Assembly (NCBI GenBank): GCA_900617105.1
Contig: UYFQ01000535.1
Span: forward strand, 1 to 34,605
Direction of reading: 5' to 3'
Source of the DNA: Hydrurus foetidus
Lineage: Eukaryota
DNA length: 34,605 nucleotides
Shown: piece after piece, positions 1 to 10,252 of the stretch
How positions within the stretch are numbered: position 1 is the stretch's first letter
How the letters are laid out: each line of letters opens with the position of its first letter
Program-made: the position numbers and the translations under genes
The notes under the pieces: generated by a model
Seen by the model: only the letters and a program-made list of their open reading frames with translations
The model's database searches: none
What the model was told of the DNA's origin: nothing

Positions 1-216
1 AAGTCAGAGTTGGGCGATGGAGTAATTTGGATAATGGGTATAACTACTGATGCTTTCGCTGCAGCAGTTGAAGAAGCCTCATTAGTGCAGAGGCACATTG
101 ATATAAAAGCAGCCCAACTATACCTGGCTAATCCGGACGCACTCTATAGGACCAGTTCAACAGTGCCAGGACAGATCTACAGATACAGGGGAGCATTCCG
201 AGGTCTCATGGTCGAG
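1..216 (+). pseudogene. Fragment of an hAT-like transposase, paralogue of the 2423-6210 protein; open at the window edge and truncated by repeats at ~218
   Basis: Frame 1 reads ELGDGVIWIMGITTDAFAAAVEEASLVQRHID...VPGQIYRYRGAFR, which aligns with EIGIGMVWIMGITTDAFGAAVEEAVLVLKHID...IPGLVYDYGGKFR of ORF 2423-3976. Similarity stops just before the CxxH motif. Confidence 0.85.
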
Positions 217-234
217 CGTACGAACGTTACTTTA

Positions 235-448
235 TCCACCTTGAGACCGATGCTCACAGCGGTACGAAAAGGTAGACTGACACTCACAGCGGTCAATAAT
301 TATTTTTTTCGTACCGCTGTGACTTTCGGTCTACCTTTTCGTACCGCTGTGAGTGTCAGTCTACCTTTTCGTACCAGCGGTACGAAAAACTCAAAATGTT
401 ACAGGGGGCCGATACCAGTATAAGAGTCTTTATAGGGCTCCAGGTGGA
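235..448. mobile_element. MITE/foldback-like element with TA flanks
   Basis: Termini TCCACCTTGAGACC / GGCTCCAGGTGGA form an imperfect inverted repeat with TA on both sides. The interior is built of 30-bp units containing CACAGCGGTACGAAAA in both orientations; 261-293 and 343-375 are a perfect 33-bp inverted repeat. Confidence 0.6.
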
Positions 449-483
449 TAATGGTAATTTCGTACCGAGACCGTAAACGAGGC

Positions 484-559
484 GATTTTTTCGTCCCTCG
501 GAAGCTTATTTCGTACCTATGAAACACCCTCGCGTCGCGCTCCGAGGGACGAAAAAATC
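484..559. repeat. Perfect 19-bp inverted repeat
   Basis: GATTTTTTCGTCCCTCGGA (484-502) and TCCGAGGGACGAAAAAATC (541-559). Confidence 0.8.
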
Positions 560-1304
560 TGCCGAGGTTACTGGCGAGAGTACAAACGTTACTTTCCATG
601 CCGATTACCTTTTTTGCACAACGAAATTCGTCGAAGCATTATTTGTTCAGGCAGTTTTCTCTACTCGCACCATGATACCGAGGACAATTTTTTTGGTGTT
701 GCCGAAGTTTTAATGCTGCTTCGAAGATAAACGGTTGATGGCGTAAAAATCTCTTCTTAATACATTACGCAAATAGTGAACAGATTAGCTGCTGGCGTAA
801 TTCAAGGCACGGGTTAGGAAGTACTAGTTACTATCAACCGCCGACGGTGGCAGCTCGATAAGATCGATTTCAGTTTTTAGCTAGGTAGTCGATTGACGTG
901 AGCTACGATGTAAGTAAGCAAAAAAGCATGTTCAACAAAGTAATCATCGCAAACTGTTCCGGTCATCGCCGGTTTTAGATCGTCGCGGTCCTGTCAAAGG
1001 GTAGCCCCAAATCGGAGATCCCCGACGGCGCGGCGTGTCCAGGATTTCAGGGGAGATCTGCAAAAGAAATGTGGCGAATCCGGTCATCCAATTCACAAAA
1101 TCAAGCCGCGCCGCCAAAAATCTGTCGATCCCCTGCTTCCCAGCCGTGTCAGATGAGAGCTTCTTGCTGTCCTCATGCCGCCTAGTCCCCTAGCATTTCG
1201 CCTCATATATCGTTTAATATTATGGCCCGCATGTGGCGTAGCGTATAACGTATAGCGTATGCGTGTATGTAAAGGGTTGGAGCCGCAGTTTCTGTAGCCT
1301 GTTC

Positions 1305-1434
1305 CTCACAGCGGTACGAAAAGGAGCTTTTTCGTACCCAGGTACGAAAAGGAAATCTTTTTCGTACCTGGAGGTGAGGTACGAAAAAATGAAAATCTGA
1401 GTGGGGGTCCATACCCCATAAAGAGTCTTTATAG
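1305..1434. repeat. Partial second copy of the 235-448 repeat family
   Basis: Shares CTCACAGCGGTACGAAAAGG, GTACGAAAA/TTTTCGTAC motifs and the tail GGGGG..ATACC..TA(A)AGAGTCTTTATAG with ~404-435. Confidence 0.65.
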
Positions 1435-1437
1435 TGG

Positions 1438-1634
1438 GTGCGACCGTAAATTAAAAAAACCCCAGAAACCCAGATTTGGGTATAGAATTTTGAAAAAAGT
1501 GGAACGATTTAGAAATCCTACTTCTGGGATCCCAGAAGATTTAGAATCTCCAGATTTCTTGTCTAAATCCCAGAAACCCAGGAATCCCAGATTCTTAATC
1601 TGGGTTTTTGGGTTTTTTGAATTTACGGTCGCAC
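1438..1634. mobile_element. MITE A (~25-bp TIR, 4-bp TSD GTGG), inserted at the left tip of MITE B
   Basis: GTGCGACCGTAAATTAAAAAAACCC vs reverse complement of GGGTTTTTTGAATTTACGGTCGCAC, 1 mismatch. GTGG at 1434-1437 and 1635-1638. Confidence 0.75.
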
Positions 1635-1636
1635 GT

Positions 1637-1849
1637 GGGTGACAACGTTTATTCCCAGAAACCCAGACCCCCAGATTTTGGGTGGAATTTTTGAAAAATC
1701 TGGAATGATTTAGGATCCTATTTCTGGAATCCCAGATAAATGTAGAAAGGGGGGGGGGGTCTCCAGATTTCTTGTCTAAATCCCAGAATCCCAGATTTTC
1801 AAATCCAAAATCTGGGGGTCTGGATTTCTGGGAATAGACGTTGTCACCC
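1637..1849. mobile_element. MITE B (~45-bp TIR, probable 3-bp TSD AGT)
   Basis: GGGTGACAACGTTTATTCCCAGAAACCCAGACCCCCAGATTTTGG matches the reverse complement of ~1805-1849 with 2 mismatches. AGT at 1433-1435 (once MITE A is removed) and at 1850-1852. Confidence 0.75.
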
Positions 1850-1853
1850 AGTA

Positions 1854-2045
1854 CCGGAGGTATGGAAATTGGATTATTTCTGGGAATCAAAACACGAATA
1901 CTACCTGGTATCAAATTTTTTCATACCGGGTAGCAATTTGCTGAGGTTCAAATTGAACCTCGGCAAATTGATACCTGGTACCAAAAGACACTTGCTCCGG
2001 GGGTACCAATAATTTGCCGAGGTCCAATTTCTTGGTCCCCTACGG
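1854..2045. mobile_element. MITE-like element C (CCG(G/T)AGG termini); homologue in opposite orientation at 7807-7894
   Basis: Starts TA|CCGGAGG and ends CCCCTACGG|TG. AAATTGGATTATTTC..AATCAAAACACG.ATACTACCTGGTA and TTCTTGGTCCCCTACGGT match the reverse complement of 7806-7880. Internal 18-bp-arm hairpin at 1934-1970. Confidence 0.6.
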
Positions 2046-2422
2046 TGGCCTTTTTGTCTGACATTAATGTTTTCACGGAAACGGAAATGTCAATATAACG
2101 ATGCGATCTGCTGTGAAATATCACCTCGACTTAGAAATGAGGTGCATGAAGTTACACAATGACGAATCCACACTAACTTGGCAGGAAATCTGAGTCAGCC
2201 AAAGTTTTTACAAGGACATAGTTGGCTACATCCTGTCGTACAGTGGCTACAGCTTATCAACTTATTTCCATCGATTTTCTCGAAGGAGGCGCTCACAAAG
2301 GTGACTCTTGCAAATTGAGCAGCATTGGAATCTCGCTCAGGTGGATGTTTTTGATGAAATAGTCCTTATAACCCAGTATACTAACATATCTACCATAATA
2401 TCCACCTATGGGGTAGGGTGGG

Positions 2423-5400
2423 ATGAGCAATTTCTCTCCCCAAGATTTGTCTCACAGAGAAGTGAAGGCGTGCACAAAAGCACTAGCAGTTATGGTCTGT
2501 AGATTTGTACCTATGGATAACAACCATTTCTACAGTGCTCAAAAGATCTCTGAGCAAGTTGGTGATCTCCCAAACGGTCAAATGTCGACACTCTATGTTG
2601 AACCTGATACTTTAAAGAAGGCCCTAGCCAACCAAAGACTTCGTGATGGACTCTTTCATCTTTTACCGGGAAAGATTGTGTTCGACAGTTCTTCTTCTCG
2701 ATTTAATACAATTACTGAGGGGCCTTACGCATTCCAGAAAGGCTATCAAGTCAAGCTGCTTTCACCAGCCTGTGCTGAGGATTCAGATGACTGCTTCCGC
2801 AGTGAAATAAGCCGATTTCAAGAGTCTTTGATGGATCACTACTTATCTGAGCCTGAGAAGAAATCCTTCAAAGTTGACGCATGCACAACTTTGAATCAGA
2901 GCAATAACAAAGTAGTTCTCTGTTATAACACTCCCAAGAATTCTGATGAGACTGACACGATCATCTGTAACAAACGTAGCAGATCAGAATTAGACATCGA
3001 GGATCATTTAAGAAACATCAAAAACTTGAGAATGCAAGTTGATTATTACAAATCAAATAACAGTAATAAGAAGCATGAAGTAGTTGAGAAAACAGTGGGA
3101 GAGAAAATAGTCGAACTTATAAAAGAGGGTGGGGCGTACACTGAAAACATCAACGGTGAACAGTGTATGACTATTGTAAGTGGTTTGTTGCTGCAAGACT
3201 TAATATCCAATTGTGGAGTGTCAGTCGAGAAACTCCCGTTAGTGATAGGTACAGTGCTATTACTATTGTTCGGCAAAATATCAGAAGCTAATTATGCAAG
3301 TATAATCAAATCTCATAATACATATGCATTGGCTACTGGGAAAACCGCACTCTTAGTTTCAATTGACATAGCGAAGCGCTTTACTGACCGGGAATCGGAG
3401 AGTAGAATACTATACTCGTATCTTATTTTAGATGCATCTAATAAGCGTGGCAAGGGTTGCGTGGGAAAGGTTGTCACGTTTGTGAGTTTCGATGGAGTTG
3501 TCCGACAGATGGCCTTACGGTTGGATACGACTGTAACAAAAAAAGCAGTGGGGAGTTCGAAATTAACCATAGAGAGCTTGCAGAAGGAGATAGGAATAGG
3601 TATGGTGTGGATAATGGGCATAACTACAGATGCTTTCGGTGCAGCTGTAGAGGAGGCAGTACTGGTACTAAAGCACATAGATCAACTAGCAGAGGAGCTA
3701 TACTCCACATCACCTCAGCTTCTCCAAAGACAAAGCAAAGTAATACCTGGCTTAGTATATGATTATGGAGGCAAGTTCCGACAGGCATGCGTGAGGTCCT
3801 GTGAAATGCACAATATAGAGAGAGTGTTAGCTCATGTATTGCAATCTCTAATGGGTAGCCAAGGACTATCGTATGATATGACAACGGCACAGAATCTCTA
3901 TAGAATGCAGTACTACTGGAAAAAATACAAGAATATGATGGACGCTTTAATCGTTGAGTCCCTTGGGGGGATGTGAGCAAATACAACGAAGCAGATACAG
4001 AGATTAGAAGTCTGATTGGTTTAGTTAATGCTACACGATGGCTGTCCACAGAGAGGACTTGTGATAATCTAAGGAAAGCACTTTCGGTGCCAGCTTCACC
4101 ACAATTCATCGAGTATGTTCGTAATTCATTGGGTGGGTTGCAGTCTGACAGTTGGCTAACCGCAGAGTGCTATTGCACGTGTATAGATAGTGATGAGTTG
4201 TCTCATATTATGCTCGCATTTTTGTACCTGGCAAATCACTGCCCCGGGGGGGAAAAATCTGAAGGCGCAGTGGGTTGTCTCAAAGTCTTGGGCTTTCTTG
4301 GTAGCTCCTACCAGAGGATTATAATCATGATTGTTTCCTCACTTTATACACTACATCTAGCTTGGGCTTCATTCTGTGACAAACCCTCCCAGATTGGTGA
4401 AATTCCAAAATGCGCAAGTACAAGATCTATCGAAGGAGTAAGATTTGACAGGTCATTTTTAGAACAAATTCATTTATTATCAAATGATTGGGAGCAACTA
4501 CTACCCAGCACAAAACATTACTTGGATAAAGAGGCAAAGAGGGCTGAGTTAATTGGCCTGGTGGATAAGAGTGATAATGCCGTACTATTTATCAACAAAC
4601 TCATGAAGGAGGCTACCAGTCAAGTGTTACCTATCGCATTGAAGTACTTTTTTTATCCAGCACTCCGTCCAGGGTGGAGTATACTCCAGGTCGTGGATCC
4701 ACACGTAGGACCAGGAGCAGCGGCATCTATGCTCAAAGCTTTAATGCAGTTGGGCATCGTGAAGGAGGAACAAATACTACCTCGCGTACTAGTTCCGGTA
4801 GTAAAACATCACTTACCCTTTGCAGCAGTGATTCCCTGTGAAAGTGATAGTGAAAGTGACAGTGATGATGGGAAGAGTGACGATGAGAATTCGGTAACTG
4901 ATGAAGGAAGTAGACAAAAAAAACACGGTGATGATGATGAAGGAGAAAGTGAGAAGGAAAAAGAAAACAACATGGTTGAGGAAGAAGTAGAGGCTTTGAA
5001 GTGGAAAATTGATTCTAGTTCTTATGCAGCACCTACAATTCCTACTGCTCAATATGAACAAATAATACTCGATGGTTATCTCCACGCACCCATCGAAATT
5101 GTTGAGGGGATTGTAGAAGCGTATGGTCTAAAAAACAAATGCATTATAAGAGATCTCGTAAAATTGTCGAAAGGCGATTTATTAAATCATCTGAATGCAG
5201 ACTACCCGAACTGGCGTGAGCACGGACACATAGACAATACATACTGGGATGTTTTCAGAGAGCACTTTCCAGCGGTAGCAGATACCCTTACCGTTCATTT
5301 TCAAGCAAGGTGTATAACAGGCACACCAGTGGAACAGACATTCTCACTCGCAGCCACACAGATTAAAGAGAACCAAACTGCCGGGACAAACTCAAAGAAC

Positions 5401-6210
5401 ATGAATCACGCCTCTTCTGTCAAAGGTTCTATTGTCCGAGAGATGCGGGATTTTAAAGAAGTTCAATCTGTTATAAACAAAAGAAAAAGAAAACATATGT
5501 TCAGAAGTTGCAAGAATCAGAGTTACTATATTCGCAGCTTATGCAACTATGGAGTTATGCTCAGTGATAGTGTGAGGGTGAATGGTAAGATTAATCTTCC
5601 AACGGTCATTGAGATGAGAAGTAAAGGCAAAAAAATTGATGAGCTGAAACATTCATTGCCTCATACGGTTTTGGAAATGAAAGCTAACGCACCAAAAGGG
5701 CTGGTGAAGTTTGATGGCCGCGCATTGCTTCAATCCATTAAAGAATCGACTACAGCGAAGATAAACAAATGGGACAATCTCCCTGCTCCTGAAACAGACA
5801 AGTATGAAGAAGGGGCTAAAAGAATGAAAACCGATGCACTCCGAAAGCTGCTGAAGACATTCTACGCAAGTGATAAAGAAAAATGCAAAGAAATCAGTAC
5901 GATGATTAAGGGCGAAAACAGTGTCTCATCGAACACATTAATGAACTTACTTGTCAATTATTGGAAGGAGCACGGTTTAGAGCCACCAGCAGTTCTGCCC
6001 TCCGCCAGGCTATCTCAGGAAATAAAGGAAGCAAAGAGCATGTCCCTCCCAAACTTGAGAGAGCATCTCCTTCAAATCCATGCTGGAGATCTGAGTATGT
6101 GCGAGATAATTCGGAAGGCGTCGAAGGGAAACGCACAGATGAAAAATTCTTTAGTGGGCATGATATTTGAGCTAAGTAATGTTACTTCCGTAGAGAGCAG
6201 TGCAGCGTAA
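2423..6210 (+). CDS. Large hAT-superfamily-like DDE transposase (~1260 aa), split into two ORFs by a -1 frameshift at a G6 run (3965-3970)
   Basis: Motifs occur in hAT order: YLILDAS (D, 3431), GITTDAF (D, 3629), CEMH (CxxH, 3800-3811), NATRWLS (TRW, 4033-4041), ITGTPVEQTFS (E, 5332; cf. hAT TS..ER.FS). Adding one G joins the ORFs as ...ESLGG-DVSKY.... Confidence 0.75.
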
Positions 6211-7295
6211 TCTGGTGTAGTGCAAATCATATCACATCATGTCATATCACATATTATTTTACGTCTAGCTCATTGATTTCATACAATAAAACCAAATGAA
6301 ATCAAATGCAGAAGATCTCTATAATATCTCCTTCTATCAATGTCGAATGTACAGCGGAAGCGACACCCGGTTCCGGTAATTACGTCTTACCCGGTATAAT
6401 ATCACTCGGTGCGAGGGGCATGTCCTTAAGTAACAGCTCTCCAGCTTCCATGCCCCGGGGAGGAATCAAATCTGCTCACAATGCTTTTCTCTAATTAATT
6501 ATGATTGCAACAAGATCAAAGTTGCTCGGGTTCTATGCACTAGCTAACGCAGGGCCTGTCTTCGCATGCAACAAATTCTCATCCATCGTTTGACAGTAAA
6601 GATGTCTTTCTTCCATTTGAAAAATAAGCGTAGTGAAGAAATCAGTCAGTTGGCCAGTAGATGTAGTCTTCAGAGTGCCTTATCGCGTTTTGCGATCGGC
6701 GCCTAAGGTATTGCCAACGTGTGAAAAATATCGGTCAGAAAAAAAGTAGCCCAAAATTGAATAGGAGGCGATTCCAGTATAGCAGAATCAAGAGAATGTC
6801 CAAAAGTCGCGACTTCATATCACTCGCAAAAGGCTAGCGAGTGAATCGACTTATCCAGAGTGGTGACAGGCAAAATAGACGATCAAATTTAGTGAAATTT
6901 TAACGATCACAGAGGACAGTCGACACAATTTCAGACCTCGGCTGCAAGATGAAGAGCTAAATTATTCTTGATCACTGATATCCGGCACTTTATCCAGAAG
7001 GGCGACGTCTACATCGATGGATAGGAATGTCAAGCAAGACAATCAAAATCCAGGAGATTCTATATGAGAGTTGTCGAGCTAAAAAAGTCGTCGAATGGAA
7101 ATTTAAACTTTTGACTATGCTACCTGATAAAACGTGTCTCCCTGACAACGACGTGATGACCAGAATTTCCACAGCTCTGGAATTGGCTGACTTCTGGTGT
7201 GAGAGAGATTTGATTGAGAGTGATGTCCACGAGCTCGAGAGATAATATATAATATTACCGTTGTGACCGTTTCCGGGAATCGGCGTTTCCGTATA

Positions 7296-7635
7296 TCGTG
7301 GAGTGCCATACATTTGGATTCTGGAGTTTTCCGTTTTTTCCAAAAAAAGGCCAAAATATGGTCATTTTTGGACTTCTCGAGAATATCAACGAAGCCCAAC
7401 TCAACTTTCTTCTATAATCTTCAAGATGAGCTCTGTTCGCACATGATCCGCTATGTAGGTCGCGCAACTGTTGCGCGCTTCAGCAGCATTTGGTGTCTGA
7501 AATCGTCCATTTCGTGCTGGAAACGGTGATTTTAACAGGCATCAAATATTTTCGACCCGAAAGTTTTCAGTGATTTTGACTGTGATAAAAAAAATGTAAT
7601 ACCAAAACACAGCCCAAATGTATGGCACTCGACGG
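7296..7635. mobile_element. MITE with ~21-bp TIR and degenerate TA|CCGT-type ends (Tc1/mariner/pogo-like)
   Basis: CGTGGAGTGCCATACATTTGG (7297-7317) vs CCAAATGTATGGCACTCGACG (7614-7634), 20/21 complementary. Confidence 0.65.
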
Positions 7636-7806
7636 CATAATGTCAGAATGATAAATACGACGTTTAAGACTTTAACTGCTGTAAAACATTTCAACTTTAC
7701 TTTTCTAAATCACACAACCGACTAATATGGACACTGTGAATTGAACGCACCATTTACATTTTTGTGAATCATTCAGCGAAAAAAGTTGTGAGAGGGTGCC
7801 AAAATA

Positions 7807-7894
7807 CCGTAGGGGACCAAGAATTTGAACCTCAGTACCAGGTAGTATCCGTGTTTTGATTTTCCGAAATAATCCAATTTTGGTAGACTTCCGT
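7807..7894. mobile_element. Short copy of MITE-like element C, inverted relative to 1854-2045, flanked by TA
   Basis: TA|CCGTAGGGGACCAAGAA...CTTCCGT|TA. Lacks the ~105-bp internal segment of the left copy. Confidence 0.6.
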
Positions 7895-9942
7895 TAGGTT
7901 TATCTCCCAATTCCGTGTAAATCGCCTCGATTTCCAACATCGTGTGCACCGGAACGGATAATCTGGGTGGACCTTCACTCAGGTTTGGAATTTAAGAAAA
8001 TGGTCGAATACCCGTGTAAACATCTTGAAATTCAAAAATTCAAAATAACTACCGCTGTTACTAGCGCTGTGCAGTCTCTCAAGAGATGCCAATCTAGCGA
8101 CATTCTCTGCATCATTTTGCCTCCCAAAACCTAGTTGCTATAATGGCTAACCTCAATGCTGTTATAGCTGCTTATGAGTCACTTCAGCGCTGTCGTTTTC
8201 AGCCCCAAGTCTCAGTTCTAGCGACCGGAGATGGAAGAATAACCATACCTGCAATTGACTTTTTGTCGTTTGGAGGAATCACAGAGAACATGTTACTCAA
8301 TGAGAGACAAATTGACTACGGCGATTCGTTTGCTGCTAGATCTCGACTGGGGCACTTCATCTGGTGGCATCAATTGCAAGCTGTCTTTCAACTTGTTGGT
8401 TTCACTTTCTGATGTTGACAAGTTACGGAGGAATGAGTCTATACCAGTCATCACGCCTGCTCCAGCGTCAATACCACTGTTGGCCAATGCAAACAATCTG
8501 AACGGGGTGGTGCAACGAGAATTCAATCTCAATTTGATGATTGAAAATGACTTCGCTGCTATGAATGTCAAGCAGCGAATGGGGTTTGGATGTTTTTCGT
8601 TTACTGACCAGTGACATTGAGAAGCTTATCGAAAGATAAAACGAGTTACTTAATACTTCAGAACCGTCTCATAAATTTCGTGTAACATATGCATTTTATG
8701 TACATTAAACTTATTCTGATCATTTTGTATTCATATTCACTATATTTGCTGCATCCTCTGCAGCTCTAATGCTTTAAGACAGCACTAAGAAGCGTACAGA
8801 GGACACTTGACTTGATCTGGATCCGAAGCAGGAGCTCTGATTACTGTGATCCAGGCTCTACAAAACCATTATAGTTATAGTGCGGCATTAATTAGTCACC
8901 GTGATTGTGCGAATATAAATTGCAACGACAGTCAAACTGTGAATGAAATTTGATGGACATCACTGACAATCAATCTCAGAAATAAAGTTGAGCAGCGACA
9001 TTATCACAGTGCGAGTAGATGACGCGAATAATTGAATATCAGGACACTATAACCAAGAATAATCACCACACAGATGAATTGATGATAAACGGAAGGAGCG
9101 CTATGCATTTGACGTCAGGTGAAATTAACAGAATCAAATGACGCTTAAAATGCTTAACCTGTCGCGATACTGACTCCATCTCGCTGTCCTCCAACGATGA
9201 CAGTCTCCATCAGATAGATATCCCATTGGGGAGAAAACTTGGCAATATTGACGACCAATATTTGCTATAGGTAATCAGGAAAGAATCTGACGACTTCTTC
9301 CTTCCGCTTCGATCATCTTTGATACCTGCGAGTCATGTATGCGAGAGATTGTGAGGCAAATCAATAGATTTCGATGCGAGTTGGGTCATCGCAAAATATT
9401 TATTTCCACCCCAATATTTTTGCGAAGTGAAAATCAACTTTTAACAGCTGTGAAGCACCCATCTAACGTTGAAGTAGTCGAAACTTACCATAGTGATCAA
9501 GGAAATTGGAACGAGACTCTAGGAGGAGGAGTCTTCCGGAAGGGAGACCTCACTGTATCGTAGATTCCACTGTCATACGCAACAGTGATAAATTCGTAAG
9601 CGACAATTAATTCTGGTTAGATTTTAGGTGACGAACATTTAATTATTACAAAACAGGTCATTTGTAGTCTTTCTCTTGAAGGACGTGAGGCTGCGAAGAG
9701 GAATACCTGACAATCTGAACAGAAAAAAAATGGCAGTTCGATGGAATCTGCCCCAGCAGAAAATCTCAGCGACTATAGCTTCAAATTTGCTGGAAATTGG
9801 CAGAGGTTGTCGATGATGGTCGACAACTTGCAACTGGAGCCGCTGAGCGTCCAATTCTGTGGAGAATTTATTGATATGTGTTCGATAGTCGACATTTCCA
9901 ATCCTTATCTTACCGTAAATCCGCCCAGATTACCCGTTCCGA

Positions 9943-10225
9943 TGTTGGATATTGCGTTGTAGGTCTACCGTTAGTTACGAGGTGTAGTACGCACGTACGT
10001 ACCGAGTCCGGTTAACGGCACTACACTTTGTATGCATGAAAATGAATGAGTAGTTTAGCGAACGACACTTTAGATTGTAGGTGACCAAATAAACGTCGTG
10101 GCTAATGAACAGGGACATTAGTCACTAGTTTAAATAACAAGTACTGATCGAGAGCAGTCGATTTTTTACGAGCCTTGGAACGTGATACAACACCGGGTAG
10201 TTCTAGAAACACCGGATTTCCAACA
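9943..10225 (+). repeat. 5' LTR of copia-1
   Basis: TG...CA termini, 7-bp terminal inverted repeat, direct repeat of 15048-15330. Confidence 0.97.
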
Positions 10226-10252
10226 TATTTAAACTGACAAGGAAGCATTGTG

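Noticed and set aside
253..390. CRISPR-like regularly spaced repeats
   Set aside because: Units are tandem or inverted without unique spacers, there are no cas genes, and the context is eukaryotic TE sequence.
1429..1914. 161-aa minus-strand ORF with an internal repeat
   Set aside because: It is a translation of two related MITEs; the repeat is at DNA level.
3971..3976. Bacterial-style coupled GTGA stop/start overlap suggesting a two-gene operon
   Set aside because: Catalytic motifs of one transposase are split across the two ORFs, and the locus is eukaryotic (spliceosomal intron, LTR elements).
6295..6620. Minus-strand pseudogene (MEERHLYCQ…GDIIEIFCI)
   Set aside because: Four internal stops in ~106 codons is about the random expectation, and no motif is recognisable.
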